DNA from: Chiloscyllium plagiosum
Taxonomy: Eukaryota
DNA: 54,940 nt
Assembly: GCF_004010195.1 (NCBI RefSeq)
Contig: NC_057753.1
Span: 10,640,301 to 10,695,240 of the forward strand
Direction: 5' to 3'
The position numbers and the translations under genes are program-made. This document shows, in pieces, positions 22,699 to 35,825 of this stretch (position 1 is the first letter of the stretch; every line of letters begins with the position of its first letter). The notes beneath the pieces were generated by a model that saw nothing but the letters and a program-made list of their open reading frames with translations, searched no databases and had not been told where the DNA came from.

Positions 22699-23650
22699 TG
22701 AGTCAGACTGGTTTTAGTTCAAATTAGGAATTTATAAAATATGACATGGATTGACTGCCAGCTTTTTGAACCAAATAGAATGTACCTGCAAATATAACTC
22801 TGCAAATGCAAATTCACCCCATAGACTTATATGTATGTGCATGAGAGAGTGTGTGCGCTTGGGTGTGAGTATGGGAGGTCAGAGTGTGTGTGTCTGAGAG
22901 AGAGAGAGTGTGTATGAAAGAGGGTTTGCGTGAGTGTGAAAGTATGTAAGAGCGTGTGTTGTGTGTGTTTGGTATAGTGGGGCCACCTGGAGTGTGACAT
23001 GAACCAAAGGTCCCAGTTGAGGCCATCCTCATGGGTTGCAAACTTAGCTATCAGCCTCTGCTCAGACATTAGAAATGATTAAGCAGTTACACAGCACACA
23101 TTGGAGAGGGCAGGGTGAGACTTGTCTTTCAATTTGCAGAAGGTGGGAGGCTATGGATGCTGTGGTCCAGGACAAACTGCTCCGAGAGATGGAGCTGGTA
23201 GCCAGGCTGCAGACACGTTGAGGGAAAGGCGGAAAGTTAACCAGACACTTAATTCTGGGAGATGATCATTCCCCTCTGGACAGACCCTTCTGACTGGGTC
23301 AGTGGACAGGGTCAGGAGGGTGTGAGCACTGGTCTGGCAGGTAAAAGGGATCTGAGAGAGGGCTGCAGGGGGGAGGAGCTAATTGACTGTGGTGGGAGTA
23401 AGAACAACATTGGGGAGGGGGAGGGGGAGGGCGAGGTGGTGGGAAGGGACAGAATAGTGACAGGGATTGTCTCCTTTCTCTGCAGTTGGCAACAGGAGGC
23501 CAGATGGCATCGGTGTCTGTCTGGCACCAGGATTCAGGAATCGATGTACTCAGTGCCGGAGAAGTGGGAAAGGGAGGTTGCAGCGGGTGTGGCCCAATAA
23601 TGTCAGGAGGAGAGAGCCTCTGCTAAGTGCGCGTAAGACATTAGAAGACT

Positions 23651-23940
23651 AGGGGCGGCACAGTGGCTAGCACTGTTGCCTCACAGCACTAGGGTCCGAG
23701 GTTCAATTCCAGCCTTGGGCGACTGTCTGTGTGGAGTTTGCACATTCTCCCAGTGACTGTGTGGGTTTCCTCCCACAGTCCAAAGATGTGCAGGTCAGGT
23801 GAATTGGCCATGCTAAATTGCCCATCGTGTTAGCTGCATTAGCCAGAGAGAAATGGGTCTGGGTGGGTTGCTCTTCAGAGGGGCGGTGTGGACTGGTTGG
23901 GCCAAAGGGCCTGTTTCCACACTGTAAGTAATCTAATCTG
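23651..23940 (+). mobile_element. HE1-type SINE
   Basis: Head, core and taatct tail. Confidence 0.85.
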
Positions 23941-24859
23941 ATGAGAAGCTACAAAGATCAAAGCAGAATCTAAAAGCTCTGGGCAGCACGGTGGCTCAGT
24001 GATTAGCACCTCTGCCTCACAGTGCCTGGGTTCGATTCCCAGGTGGCAACCGTTCTCCTTTGGCATGAACTCCAAACCTTTCCTATTCAAATATTTTTCA
24101 ACTGTACCTGCATCCACGACTTCCTCTGGACAATCCATCCACACACAAACCACTCCTTAAAAAAAAGATGCTCATCATGCTTTTAAATTTTTTTTCTCCA
24201 CTCACCTCAAAAGAATTTGCTCCCTAACATTGAAATCCCCACCTGAACACCTGCTTCTTTACCTCATCTATACCCCTCATGATTTTTAAAATTTCTATAA
24301 GGTCACCTCTCAACCTCCTATGTTCCAATGAGAAAAGTCCCAGCCTATGCCCTTGATACTCAAGAACCTATCTATCTCAGTCTTAAGCCAATGCAGTGCC
24401 TGTTAAGTTCACTTGATTTTAAAATGAATGGCACCATATTCATTTAAAATATCTATGTTTTCTGTGCAAAGTCAGTCCTGGTCAGGTAATAGCCAGTGAT
24501 GTCTTATGCTGCTTCTGACCAGACTCATAAGCTGCCTTGAGATGTATGAGTGAAACTTCACAATAAAAGATTCATGCAGCCTTTCTTCATGACACTTTAA
24601 CGAGGCTTCTCCAAATGAATCTTTGACTGATAAGGGAGGTTGACAGGATTTTGAGAGTCACTGGCTCTGTCACAGCACTGTCCCAACCCCCAGTTGACCC
24701 AAAACATCGACTTCTCCATCTCCTGGGTGCTGCCTGGCTTGCTGCATTCTTCCAGCCTCCTGCTTGTCTATTTTGGATTCCAGTACCTGCAGTTTTGTTT
24801 TGTCTCTAACCAAGAATACTCTGCAGATCAGGCAGCATCATTGGAAAGTGAAAACCTGT

Positions 24860-25625
24860 TAACACTTAAGGTTGATGACTCTCAGTTAGATTTCCAATAT
24901 CTGCAGGATGCTTTCTCTGTTCTCGTATCTACTTGATGAATTGCTCCAATGATATCTCATGAGAGGGTTTATGATATTAACAGTGCTATATAAATTGTTG
25001 TGGGTCACAATGTGCCCAAGTAAGAAAGAACAAGCTGACCATCCTTAAATATTCATTTTTAAACAATGGAAATAAAATTAACATTTTCAGAAAACACAAC
25101 TTGACATATATTAAGATCAGAAATAGGAATGGGAGTAGATAATTGACCATCACCATCCAAGCTGTCTTTCATCACCATCCAAGCCTGATCATTTATCTGA
25201 ATTCTCTTTCCTACACTTTTTTTTCCCATGACTTCACCTGCTGAAGGGGCTACACTCCAAGAGCTTGCACTTTCAAATAAACCTGTTGGAACATAACCTG
25301 GTGTCGTGTGACTATTGACTTAACATCCTCAATCAATTTTTTTCATTACACATGGCTGGAGCCGTGGGATTTGAACCTGGGCCTCAGGGCTCAGGTAATT
25401 GCACATTACCACAGCATCACAAAAAAACCTCTGTAGTAAACAGGTCCTCTTCTACTGAATGAATATGGGACACAACCATTGTACCCTCAGAGCCCATTAT
25501 AGTAAACTGGGACCTTTCCAGTTGAATTAATGAATGGGCTTGGAAAGGGGCAGAGACACTGAAGTTTGTGTGAACCTCTCAACCAATCCCAAAGCCTGCA
25601 GTTGGTGCAAACCAATCGGAGAGCG
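24860..25625 (+). repeat. Third, truncated copy of the region upstream of promoter P2
   Basis: Direct similarity to ~16280-17055, ending after the ccaatcccaaagcctgc...ccaatcggagag CCAAT block. Confidence 0.8.
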
Positions 25626-26804
25626 ACATTCAATGTATTTGCTCAAGGTTCGGGTTCGGTGCCGGCAGGAGGTAAAGGCCGGCACAGAGTACAAGCTGGA
25701 GGAGAGGCTACACTTGGCGCTGTACCGTGTGCGTGGAGCTGCCCACGGCTTCAGACTACCAGGTACCAGGCTGGGCTGAAGGGGAACCCGGGGGACAAGG
25801 CGGCTCGCCATTAGCCTGGAGCCACAATCACTCCCATTCTTAAATCAGTCTTCTGCTATAAATTCTGTGTCTTATGATCCTGCTCCACAGCTACCCAATG
25901 AAGGAGTAATGCTTCCAAATTAATCTGTTGGATTATAACCTGGTGTTGTGTGATTTTTAAACTTTGTCCACCCCAGTCCAACACCGGCTCCTCCACATCG
26001 TTGAGCAAACAAAGCCCACACCTCCGGGTGCTGTCAGTAAAATACCGATGAAAGAATGAACCTGCAGTCCTGAAAAATTTACAATTCCTAACGAAACTAA
26101 CTACTCATTCACTGCTTCTTCTGATACACAATTTGGAAAGTTAGTGCTGGAGACTGAAAGAAAGACTTAGGACAAAAACCTTTTGCATCTCTCAGCTTTC
26201 TCAGAGTCTGAGTCCAACAGTAAGTTGAGGTAACCTTTATTGCGACCCAACTTTGTTACAGCATCAGATCTCCCCAGCAAAAAAGGCATACGAAAAGTAA
26301 CTTATTTTCTTTTTAACAGCTCACGGTCAAAGCTCATACACTCCCCCTGCCACCAACCTGACCCCCCACTCCACTTTCTTTACTATTGCTCAGCTCAGTT
26401 GTCTTTGTAATTCGATCCTTGGTACAGCCTTAACCCGCAGGAAGTATTGCCTCACTTAGAAATTTCAACCCATACACTGTATCCAAGTAACTTTCTCCCT
26501 GCTCATTTGCCAGGGGGTACTGTCAAGAGTCAACCGTCTGTGGGTTTGGAGTCACGTGTTTGGCCAGACCTGGTTAAGGATGCAGCTGGAATGACTGAGT
26601 GAATCCTTTCCCACAATAGCAGTTTCCTTCCCAAAAAAGGACGAGTGAATCAGATGGTTTTTTTCACAAAAATGGTTTCATCATTAGATTCTCAACTCCG
26701 GATTTCTGAACGAATTCCAATTCTACCACAGCGAGATTCAAACCCGGGAGTCCCCAGAACTGAGTTAATAGTCCAGTCGATAATGTGACTCTGCCATCAC
26801 ACCT

Positions 26805-27240
26805 TCAATCCCTCTGTGATGGCACATGAACTCGCTGGTGGCTCCTCAGGTGGGAGGAGTGGGTGAAGCCCTTCCTGCACTGAGAGCAGGTGAATGGCCT
26901 CTCGCCGGTATGGACCCGTTGGTGGATCAGAAGGGTAAAAGAATTCACTGAACTTTTCCGCACTTAGAGCAGGTGAATGGCCTCTGGCCCATGTGGGCCC
27001 ACTTGTGGATCAGCAGTGTGGATGAACAAGCAAATCTCTTCCCATGTGCTGAGTGTGTGAACGGCTTCTCCCCTGTGTGGACCCACTGGTGCTTCTGCAG
27101 GTTGCCCACATGACTGAAGCCCTTCCCACACTCAGGGCAAGTGAACGGCCTCTCCCCGGTGTGGACCGCTCGTGAGTTTCCAGAATAGATAGAGATGGGA
27201 ATCCTTTCCCAAAGTCCCCACATTTCCACAATTTCCCCAT
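26805..27240 (-). pseudogene. ZNF type A copy A2, pseudogene (about 5 damaged fingers)
   Basis: Starts [12 protein letters not shown] and ends HVPSQRD*; frameshifts, lost Cys residues, acceptor mutated to ttttggag at ~27540; 25850-28015 mirrors 2097-4620. Confidence 0.85.
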
Positions 27241-27671
27241 GGGGAGTAGCTTTCCTTCTGTCGCTCTGGGTTTGAAATTACAAACAGAACGGGTACACCA
27301 TGAGGGGTGAGATTTTGATCCCCCAAGGTAATGGTGTGAAGCACTTTTCACAGTCAGTGCAGTGAATCTCCCTCACTCGGGTGTCTCAGTATTATTCCTG
27401 CAACACCAGTGTCCAAAATCTCTCAAGCAGACAAAAGCAACATTTCTTCTCTATTGGAATTACTGCTGATATTCAAGTTCCAATGAATTAAATGGCTCTG
27501 TATCATTTGCTTTCAGATTTCTTTCCTCATGTCTTCCTCCAAAAACAAATTCACAAAATATGTCATCACTGTCAGTCCAGTCAAATGAATGTAGCATAGG
27601 TGACAATTCCAGAAGATTGCCAGATGCCTGCTGATCACATATTATCCAGGACACAGAAACCTAAAACCTCA

Positions 27672-27883
27672 CGGCACGGTGGCACAGTGGTTAGCACTGC
27701 TGCCTCACAGCACCAGAGACCCGGGTTCAATTCCCGCCTCAGGCGACTGACTGTGTGGAGTTTGCACATTCTCCCCGTGTCTTCGTGAATGTAGGGGTAT
27801 GGGTGGGTTGCGCTTCGGCGGGTCGGTGCGGACTTGTTGGGCCGAAGGGCCTGTTTCCACACTGTAAAGTAATCTAATCTAAT
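27672..27883 (+). mobile_element. HE1-type SINE (internally deleted)
   Basis: ggcacggtggcacagtggttagcactgctgcctcac head and aatct tail; absent at ~2230. Confidence 0.85.
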
Positions 27884-28019
27884 CTCTCATGCAGCTAGCT
27901 AGCCTTAAGTGTCTATGGAGGAAAACTTCATTTCTGTGACAATGACCTGGAACAAGCTGCCTACAAAGGTGCTGGAAATGGAGCTGAATCAAGGATATGA
28001 AAATGAAATGTCAACGCTG

Positions 28020-28775
28020 CTTGAATTGATTTGAATTTATTGTCATGCATACTGAGACACAGTAAAAAGCTTTGTCTTGTAAGGAATACAGGCAGATTAC
28101 ATAGTTAAGTATCATTGATATAAATAATAGGTAGACAGCAGCAAAAACCAAAACACAGGTACAAGTGAATGCTAAATTTGAGAGTCCATTTAGTATTCTA
28201 ACAACAGTAGGGTAGAAACGGTTTCGAAACCAGCTGGTGTTCAGGCTTCTGTATCTTCTCCCCGATGGTACAGGTTGTAGAAAAGTATTACCAGGGTGGA
28301 ATGGATCTTTGAGAATGCTAGTGGCCTTTCCTTGACATCGGGTCTGGTAGATGGATTCTATGGATGGGAGGTTGGCTTTTGTGATCGTCTGGGTCAAGTT
28401 CATCACTATCTGTAACTGTCTCCAATCTTGAATGGTACAGTTGCCATACTAGGTAGAGATACATCCAGACGGAATGTTCTCAATGGTGCACCTATAAAAG
28501 TTGGCAAAGGTATTCGCCATCATGCCAAATTTCCTCAGCTGCCTGAGGAAGAGGAGATATTTGGGTCTTTATAACCAGTGCGTCCACATGAAGAGTCCAA
28601 GAAAGCTTGTTGTTGATGACCATACCCAGGATCTTGATACTCTCTACTCATTCCACCTCTGTGCTGTTAACGTGTGTGTGGGGGGGGGCATGAATAACAT
28701 CCCGCCGAAAGTTAATAATGAGTTCCTTCGTTTTGCAGGCATTAAGAGCTAGATTTTTCTCTGTGCACCCTTTTA
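28020..28775 (-). mobile_element. Rex1/Babar-clade LINE 3' end
   Basis: LPSIESIY..RC..KA.SILKDPFHPG..LQPVPSGRRYRSL...FRNRFYP, the typical Rex-Babar C-terminus. Confidence 0.75.
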
Positions 28776-28779
28776 ACCA

Positions 28780-29343
28780 AAGTTAAGGTGGACCCGGTCC
28801 CTCTTCTCCTGGCCAAATTTATCTTCCCTAGATGTGCATGAGTGAAAGCTTTTTAACATCCTCACTTTTTGTGCGAGGAAGAACATTTTGTTGAATGCAG
28901 TTGACATCTCTTACTTTTGTCAACAGGCTCTGTCGGGGTAGCGTAAGTTAATAATGGAACACATTCCTTTGGACTTTCCCACAAATATGGTGCACCAAAA
29001 AATGGAAAATTATTATAAGACATGGCAGCAGTGTTTAAATTACCTGGCAGCAGATTTGTCTGCCTTCGTTTAGCCATGACGATTTGGTTTAGTGAACCCG
29101 ATGCCCTGAGAGGAAGAATTTCGAACAAATATTGATGTAATAATTGATGTTCTCGAAGGTTGAGAGCTACAGTCTTGTTCCGCTGAGTGGTATTATTTAT
29201 TTATTTGTAATGAGTATGGTTTTGTAGAGTAGTGTAGCAGTTGGTTTACTGTTGTCATTGTTGTTATAATGTAATATTTTCATATTTTTGTAACTTTATA
29301 ATTTTGTAAAGAAAAAAGCTTTCAATAAAAATATTTTTAAAAA
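28780..29343 (+). mobile_element. L1-clade LINE 3' end
   Basis: VDPVPLLL, LFNILTFCARKNILL and YKTWQQCLNYL remnants, then a 3' UTR ending in tcaataaaaatatttttaaaaa. Confidence 0.65.
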
Positions 29344-29402
29344 GTCTAATGCTTTGTGTCTGTGACATTGTTCTCAGTCAAGGATAGATTCCCCATCACC
29401 AC

Positions 29403-30258
29403 TGTGGGATATCGGTAAAGTAGGGTTACTTCTGCAATCATAATTACTTATGCAAGGTAAATGAACTCACACCAGTGTATAATTGTTTCAGCCAAGAGCT
29501 GAGTCAACAAGAAGGAAATGTGAAGGAAATACATAATTGTTTTTGTATTAGCTAAAATGTGCATGCAAGAATGAAATATGCCTGCAAACAATGGTAGATG
29601 TTACAGACAAATAGATAAGGTGCTGTGAGGGGAGGGGGTTAAGCTAGATATGCCTGTACAAACAGTAGTTATAAGCACCTGTTTCCCGCTTCTGCAAAAC
29701 CAAGAACAAACCACAATCAAGAAGTCATGAGGTCATAACAAGTAAGAGAAACAGATGGTAGTGAAGGAGGATATACCTAACAATGGACCACAGCAGGATG
29801 TGGTCAAACGGCCTTGTGAGGCCAGAAAGAAGCATTTTGTCACAGAGATGAACAGGCAAGAGATGAACAAGAGTAATGGGCGCCGGTCTTAGAGAAGTGG
29901 GAGATGTAAACAGGGGAGGAGCAATGGGAGGATGAAATAGGAACGAATTACATAAATACTAGTTGAATTCAGTGTGTGTGTGTGTGTCCCTGTCTTGTGG
30001 ACAGTGGACACAACACCCCTCTTGCAAGACCGTAATAAACGATACTACTGATTCAGATCTTGTTTCAGACTGAAATTATTGAGGAACAAATTACATAAAT
30101 GTTGTGTACTAGTTGAATTCAGTGTGTGTGTGTGTGTGTCCCTGTCTTGTGGACAGTGGACACAATACCCCTCTTGCAAGACCGTAATAAACGATACTAC
30201 TGATTCAGATCTTGTTTCAGACTGAAATTATTGAAGTGAGTGAGCTTCGTTTCTCACA
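29403..30258 (+). mobile_element. Solo LTR with 5 bp TSD and an internal tandem duplication
   Basis: TGTGGGA...TCTCACA termini; TSD ACCAC at 29398-29402 and 30259-30263; AATAAA-containing block duplicated (29941-30083 / 30084-30235). Confidence 0.85.
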
Positions 30259-30594
30259 ACCACCAATCCCCTGAATCAATATCTAATTAAGGAAAAAGCC
30301 AACATTCATATAAGTGGAGAAACAGCAGCTGTATTTAAGTGGGGACTTCGGAAACGTGCTAATGACTACTGTACACCCAACACACATTAGGACACCTGCC
30401 CTTTTTTTTTGGAAATCCAGCTAGAACATGAATTATAATTAATATTATGGATGAATAGGATGGTTGTGAACAAGTTACAAGGGACTATGATTTAAAAGGG
30501 TTACAGGAAAGATCGTAAACCTTCAGGGATCATACTCGGATTAAAATACCGTGCACGGCCTCTCTCATCCACCAAAACAATATCTTGTCGGACA

Positions 30595-31200
30595 TCTCTT
30601 ACTTTTGTTTGGACCTTTATCCCGGATCCAACACCAGGACCCGCTTCTCGGACCTTGCTCCAGCTCCAGGGGGTTGTTGAGCCCCTGGGCTCCACCGGCC
30701 GCCGCCGAAGAAGCCGCGGGCGCCGGCTCCCTCTCCTCCACCGCCGACATTTTTAATTTGTTTTCCCGTCACCTCCCCCTTCCCCGGAAATTATATAATA
30801 CAAACAATAAACCCCACGAGGGGACTATTTTTTTTCTTCACAACTTTTGTTTGAAAGGTTCCCGCTTTAATGTGAAATGTATTTTAAAGTTATTTTCTGA
30901 GGTAAACGGTGCCTGTCTGCCCCCCTCCCTCCGTCAGAAACCGCCCGCTGAGTCGATGAGAAAACCGCAGCCTCGCGCCGCCATCTTTGTTTTTCTTCTT
31001 CTTTCCGTCTCCTCCTTCAGCGACGCGCGTCATCCGCGCCCCCATCCAATCAGAGCGCACCTTACTCCACCTGACCAATGGCGACCGGCTTTGCGGCCCT
31101 CATGGGACCGAAACCCCACCGAAACGTCGCTCTCCGATTAGTCCGCGCCGACCGCAGCCTTTGGGATTGGTGGAGAGGTTCGCAGGCGCTTCACTGTCCC
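30595..31200 (-). promoter_or_regulatory. CpG-island promoter/first exon P2, copy 2
   Basis: Inverted paralogue of 17000-17640; YY1-type motif 30977-30987; CCAAT boxes; ATG at 30750; candidate donor GTAAGA at 30602. Confidence 0.75.
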
Positions 31201-32333
31201 CGCCCCTTTACTACAACGGGCTCGAGGAGGGGGGACAGAAATAACGTCTCATGTTCAGGAGGAAGGGATTCTCACTCATTCAATTCTCCACAAGGCGGCT
31301 CAATTTATTATGTTAAAAATCACCAGGTTTTTAAACTTTGTGCACCCCAGTCCAACACCGGCATCGCCAAATCAATTTACTATAACGGGGGTCGGAGGGA
31401 ACAACAGTCGTATCCCACGTTGAGGAGGAAGGTGTTTCCATTCTTTCAACATAAAAGGTCCCATTTCTCTTTTTTTACGGCGCAGTGGTAGTCTCCCGAC
31501 CCCGGAGGCGCAGGTTCAAATCCCACTGCCCCAGCCACGTCCTCAATCAAACGTTTTTTAGTCATAAGTCACAACGCCAAATTATTGTTCAACAGATTTA
31601 TTTGAAATCGCAAGCGCTTGGAGCGTGGCTCCTTCATCAGGTGGAGGCATGGGGAAACTGTGCAAGAAGGAGAATTCAGGTAAATGATCAGCCAATAATG
31701 GTGATAAAAGACAGAGCATCTCAACACTCAATTACCTATATCCCATTCCTACTTCCGATCTTGTATTAATACATGACAAGTTGCGTGTTTTCTAAACATT
31801 AATTGCTTGGTTTAAAAATGAATATTTAAGGATAGTCAGTTTGTTCTTTCTCACTTGGGCACATTGTGACCCAGAACAATTTTATATGGCACTTAATTCA
31901 TAAACCCTCTCATGAGGTATCACAGGAGCAATTCATAATCAAAATTTGACACAGTCACTCAAGTAGATACGAGAACAGAGAAAGCACCATACAGATATTG
32001 GGAATCTCAAAAGTTATCGACGTGAAATGTTAACAAGAGCAGGTGAACACGCCCAATAAGGGATCTTACTGACATAATTAAAATCACCACAGCAACCAGT
32101 ACTACTCTTCACTGATCACTGTGATTAATTTCCTTTTCAGTTTAACGACCCAACTCTCTTGGAATGCAATAATTGAATCTGTCTCCAACACACTCTCTTG
32201 CAGACCACTACAGAGGTCGAAGATTTTCAATCATTAATGATTGGATTTGGATCTCTCCCAAGAAAAATTCATATTGCTTCTTCCTTCCAATCCTTTGCAG
32301 TTAGTTCTTCACATAGACAAATTTGCAGTTTCA

Positions 32334-32590
32334 GATTAGATTAGATTCGCTACAGTGTGGAAACAGGCCCTTCGGCCCAACAAGTCCACACTGACCCTCC
32401 AAAGAGCAACCCACCAAGACTCCTGGCAAATGCACCTAACACTATTGGAATTTAGTATGGCCAATTCACCTAACCTGCACATCTTTGGATTGTGAGAGGA
32501 AACCGGAGTACCTGGAGGAAACCCACGCAGACATGGAGAGAATGTGCAAATTTCACAGATAGTTCACAGATAGCGTGAATTGAACCCGCC
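32334..32590 (-). mobile_element. HE1-type SINE
   Basis: gattagattagatt tail and core; not present in the arm-1 paralogue. Confidence 0.8.
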
Positions 32591-33349
32591 TGTCCCTGTT
32601 AAGAATATGGAATTTGTACATCATGGGTTTGTTAAAATTTTATAACATATTGGGGTGGCACGGTGCTTGGCATTGCTACCTCATAGCGCCAGGGACCCAG
32701 GTTCAATTCCAGCCTCAGTTAACTGTGTGGAGTTTGCATGTTCTCCTGTCTGCATGGGTTTCCTTCCACAATCCAAAGATGTGCAGGTTAGGTGGATTGA
32801 CCATGGTAAATGCAGAAGGATGGGATGATTCTGGGTGGAATGTTCTTTGGTGGGTCAGTGCAGACTCAATGGGACAAATGGCCTCTTTCTGCATTGTAAG
32901 GATTTTATGTATCGCTCTGATTTCTTACACAGGCTTTTTATGAAAGGGACATTTTGCTGTTATGTTCACTACTGCTGTTTCTATACTGCTAAATTAAGTT
33001 GGCATGAAATCCCCTCATTTCACTGTATTTTATCTAACATTCCCCCATTCCATTCATTATCTATTTTTCCATTATCATGTATTATGATCCTCTTCTCTTT
33101 ATATATATTATTGTAGACTGGGTAAATCTAGTTACCGTGTCTCCAAAGTATGAAATGAAAATGCTTTTTTCCTGATTCCATACTTTGGTGAGTCCATTAC
33201 TACATCTTGTTGAGGTCTCTTAATCTGGCATCCTTCAGTAGGATTAGATTAAGGTATCTGGTCAGCACAGGTGAGTTGGACCGAAGGGTCTTTTCCGTCC
33301 TGTGCACCTCCATGACTAGGACTACCAGATAAGGGCCTGGAGCAGGCAA

Positions 33350-33805
33350 GTCATAGCGTCATACATGTACAGCATGGAAACAGACCCTTCGGTCCAACAT
33401 GTCCATGGTTATCAGATATCCCAACCTAATCTAGTCCCACCTGCCAGCACCTGCCCATATGCCTCTTAAACGTTGCAATTGTACCAGCCTACACCACATC
33501 CTCTGGCAGCTCATTCCATACACGTACCACCCTCTGCGTGAAAAAGTTCCCCTTAGGTCTCTTTTATATCTTTACCCGCTCACCCTAAACCTATGCCCTC
33601 TAGTTCTGGACTCCCCGACCCCAGGGAAAAGACTTTGCCTATTTACCCTATCCATGTCCCTCATAATTTTGTAAACCTCTATAAACCTCAGCCTCCAACG
33701 CTCCAGGGAAAACAGCCCCAGCCTGTTCATCCTCTCCTATAGCTCAAATCCTCCAACCCTGGCAACATCCTTGTAAATCTTTTCTGAACCCTTTCAAGTT
33801 TCACA
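33350..33805 (-). mobile_element. CR1 3' end
   Basis: CR1 tail sequence running into the gap. Confidence 0.8.
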
Positions 33806-34584
33806 NNNNNNNNNNNNNNNNNNNNNNNNNNNNNNNNNNNNNNNNNNNNNNNNNNNNNNNNNNNNNNNNNNNNNNNNNNNNNNNNNNNNNNNNNNNNNNN
33901 NNNNNNNNNNNNNNNNNNNNNNNNNNNNNNNNNNNNNNNNNNNNNNNNNNNNNNNNNNNNNNNNNNNNNNNNNNNNNNNNNNNNNNNNNNNNNNNNNNNN
34001 NNNNNNNNNNNNNNNNNNNNNNNNNNNNNNNNNNNNNNNNNNNNNNNNNNNNNNNNNNNNNNNNNNNNNNNNNNNNNNNNNNNNNNNNNNNNNNNNNNNN
34101 NNNNNNNNNNNNNNNNNNNNNNNNNNNNNNNNNNNNNNNNNNNNNNNNNNNNNNNNNNNNNNNNNNNNNNNNNNNNNNNNNNNNNNNNNNNNNNNNNNNN
34201 NNNNNNNNNNNNNNNNNNNNNNNNNNNNNNNNNNNNNNNNNNNNNNNNNNNNNNNNNNNNNNNNNNNNNNNNNNNNNNNNNNNNNNNNNNNNNNNNNNNN
34301 NNNNNNNNNNNNNNNNNNNNNNNNNNNNNNNNNNNNNNNNNNNNNNNNNNNNNNNNNNNNNNNNNNNNNNNNNNNNNNNNNNNNNNNNNNNNNNNNNNNN
34401 NNNNNNNNNNNNNNNNNNNNNNNNNNNNNNNNNNNNNNNNNNNNNNNNNNNNNNNNNNNNNNNNNNNNNNNNNNNNNNNNNNNNNNNNNNNNNNNNNNNN
34501 NNNNNNNNNNNNNNNNNNNNNNNNNNNNNNNNNNNNNNNNNNNNNNNNNNNNNNNNNNNNNNNNNNNNNNNNNNNNNNNNNNNN
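33806..34584. other. Assembly gap
   Basis: Run of N. Confidence 1.
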
Positions 34585-35825
34585 AGATGGGAAAGGTGAT
34601 GGACAGGTCAGGAAGGCGCTGCCAAGTTGGATTATTAGGACTGGGATAATGTTGGGGGGGGGGGGGGGGTAGGATTAATGAGGAAACTGCTGAAATCCAC
34701 ATTGATCCAGTGTGGTGGCAGGGTCCCAAGGCGGAATATGAGGTGTTCTTCATCCACACATAAGGTGATAAGGGTTTGGCGATGGAGGCAGCCCAAGACC
34801 TGCATGACGGAATGGGAGGGGGAGTTGAAGTGGAGTTGGTGGGTGCGGGTGCCCTGGAGGGATTCTCTGAAACAATCCACAAGTTGGCGTCCTATCTCTC
34901 GGATGTAGAAAAGACCATATTGGATGCAATGGATACAGTCAGTGACACTGGTGGAGGTACAGGTAAATTTCTGTCGGATGTGGGAGAATCCTTTGGGGCC
35001 TTGGACAGAGTTGAGAGGAGTGGTGTGGGCGCAGGTTTTGCACTTCCTGTGCTGGCAGGGGAAGGTGCCAGGAGTGGGTTGCGGGCTGGTGGGGGGGCAT
35101 GGACATGACGAGGGAGTCACGGAGGGAATGGCCTCTCTGGAATGCTGATAGGGGTGTGGAGGGAAAAATATACCTGGTAGTGGGGTCTGTTTGTAAGTGG
35201 CAGAAATGGCGGAGGATGATGAACATATCCGGAGGTTGGTGGGGCGGAAGGTGGGGACCGGGAGAAGGTTCTGTCCTTGTTGTTTTGGGAGGAGTGGGGT
35301 TCAAGGTCTGTGTTGCAGGATGTGGAGATGATTGCTGGAGGGCATCGTCAACCACGTGGGAAGGGAAATTGTGATCCTGGAAGAAGGAGGCAATCTGGGA
35401 TGTTTTAAGGTCAAATTGGTCATCCCGGGAACAGATGGGGTGGAGGCTGCCCCAAGTGTGGGCAGGCCTTCAGCATTTACTCCAACCTGCTGATGCACCA
35501 GCGGGTGGCATTTTTACAGGTGGTGTAGTCTGGGTAGCTGTGGGAGACGGTGGGCATGCAGTAGATGTCCATGGTTAGTTAGTCACCGGAGTTGGAGAGG
35601 TCCTGAAAAGGGAGGGAGGTGTCCGAGATGGTCCAGGTGAATTTGAGGTCAGGTTGAAAGGTGTTGGTGAAGATGATGAACTGCTCAAACTCCTCGTGAG
35701 AGCACGAGGCGGTGCCGATATGGTCATCGATATACTGGAGGAACAGGTAGGGGATGGTGCCGGTGTATGTGAGGAAAATAGACTGTTCCACGTACCCAAA
35801 GAGGCAGACATAGCTGGGTTCTATT
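34585..35825 (-). mobile_element. Penelope-like element RT plus GIY-YIG fragment
   Basis: PSYVCLFGYVEQS...FLQYIDD...LKFTWTISDTSLPF (RT); CQHRKCKTC...FTCTSTSV..CI.C...FYIREIGR (GIY-YIG). Confidence 0.85.

Noticed and set aside
31478..31535. tRNA-like A and B boxes (also 16780-16835 and 25355-25415 on the minus strand)
   Set aside because: No complete cloverleaf or acceptor stem; best read as a tRNA-derived SINE head
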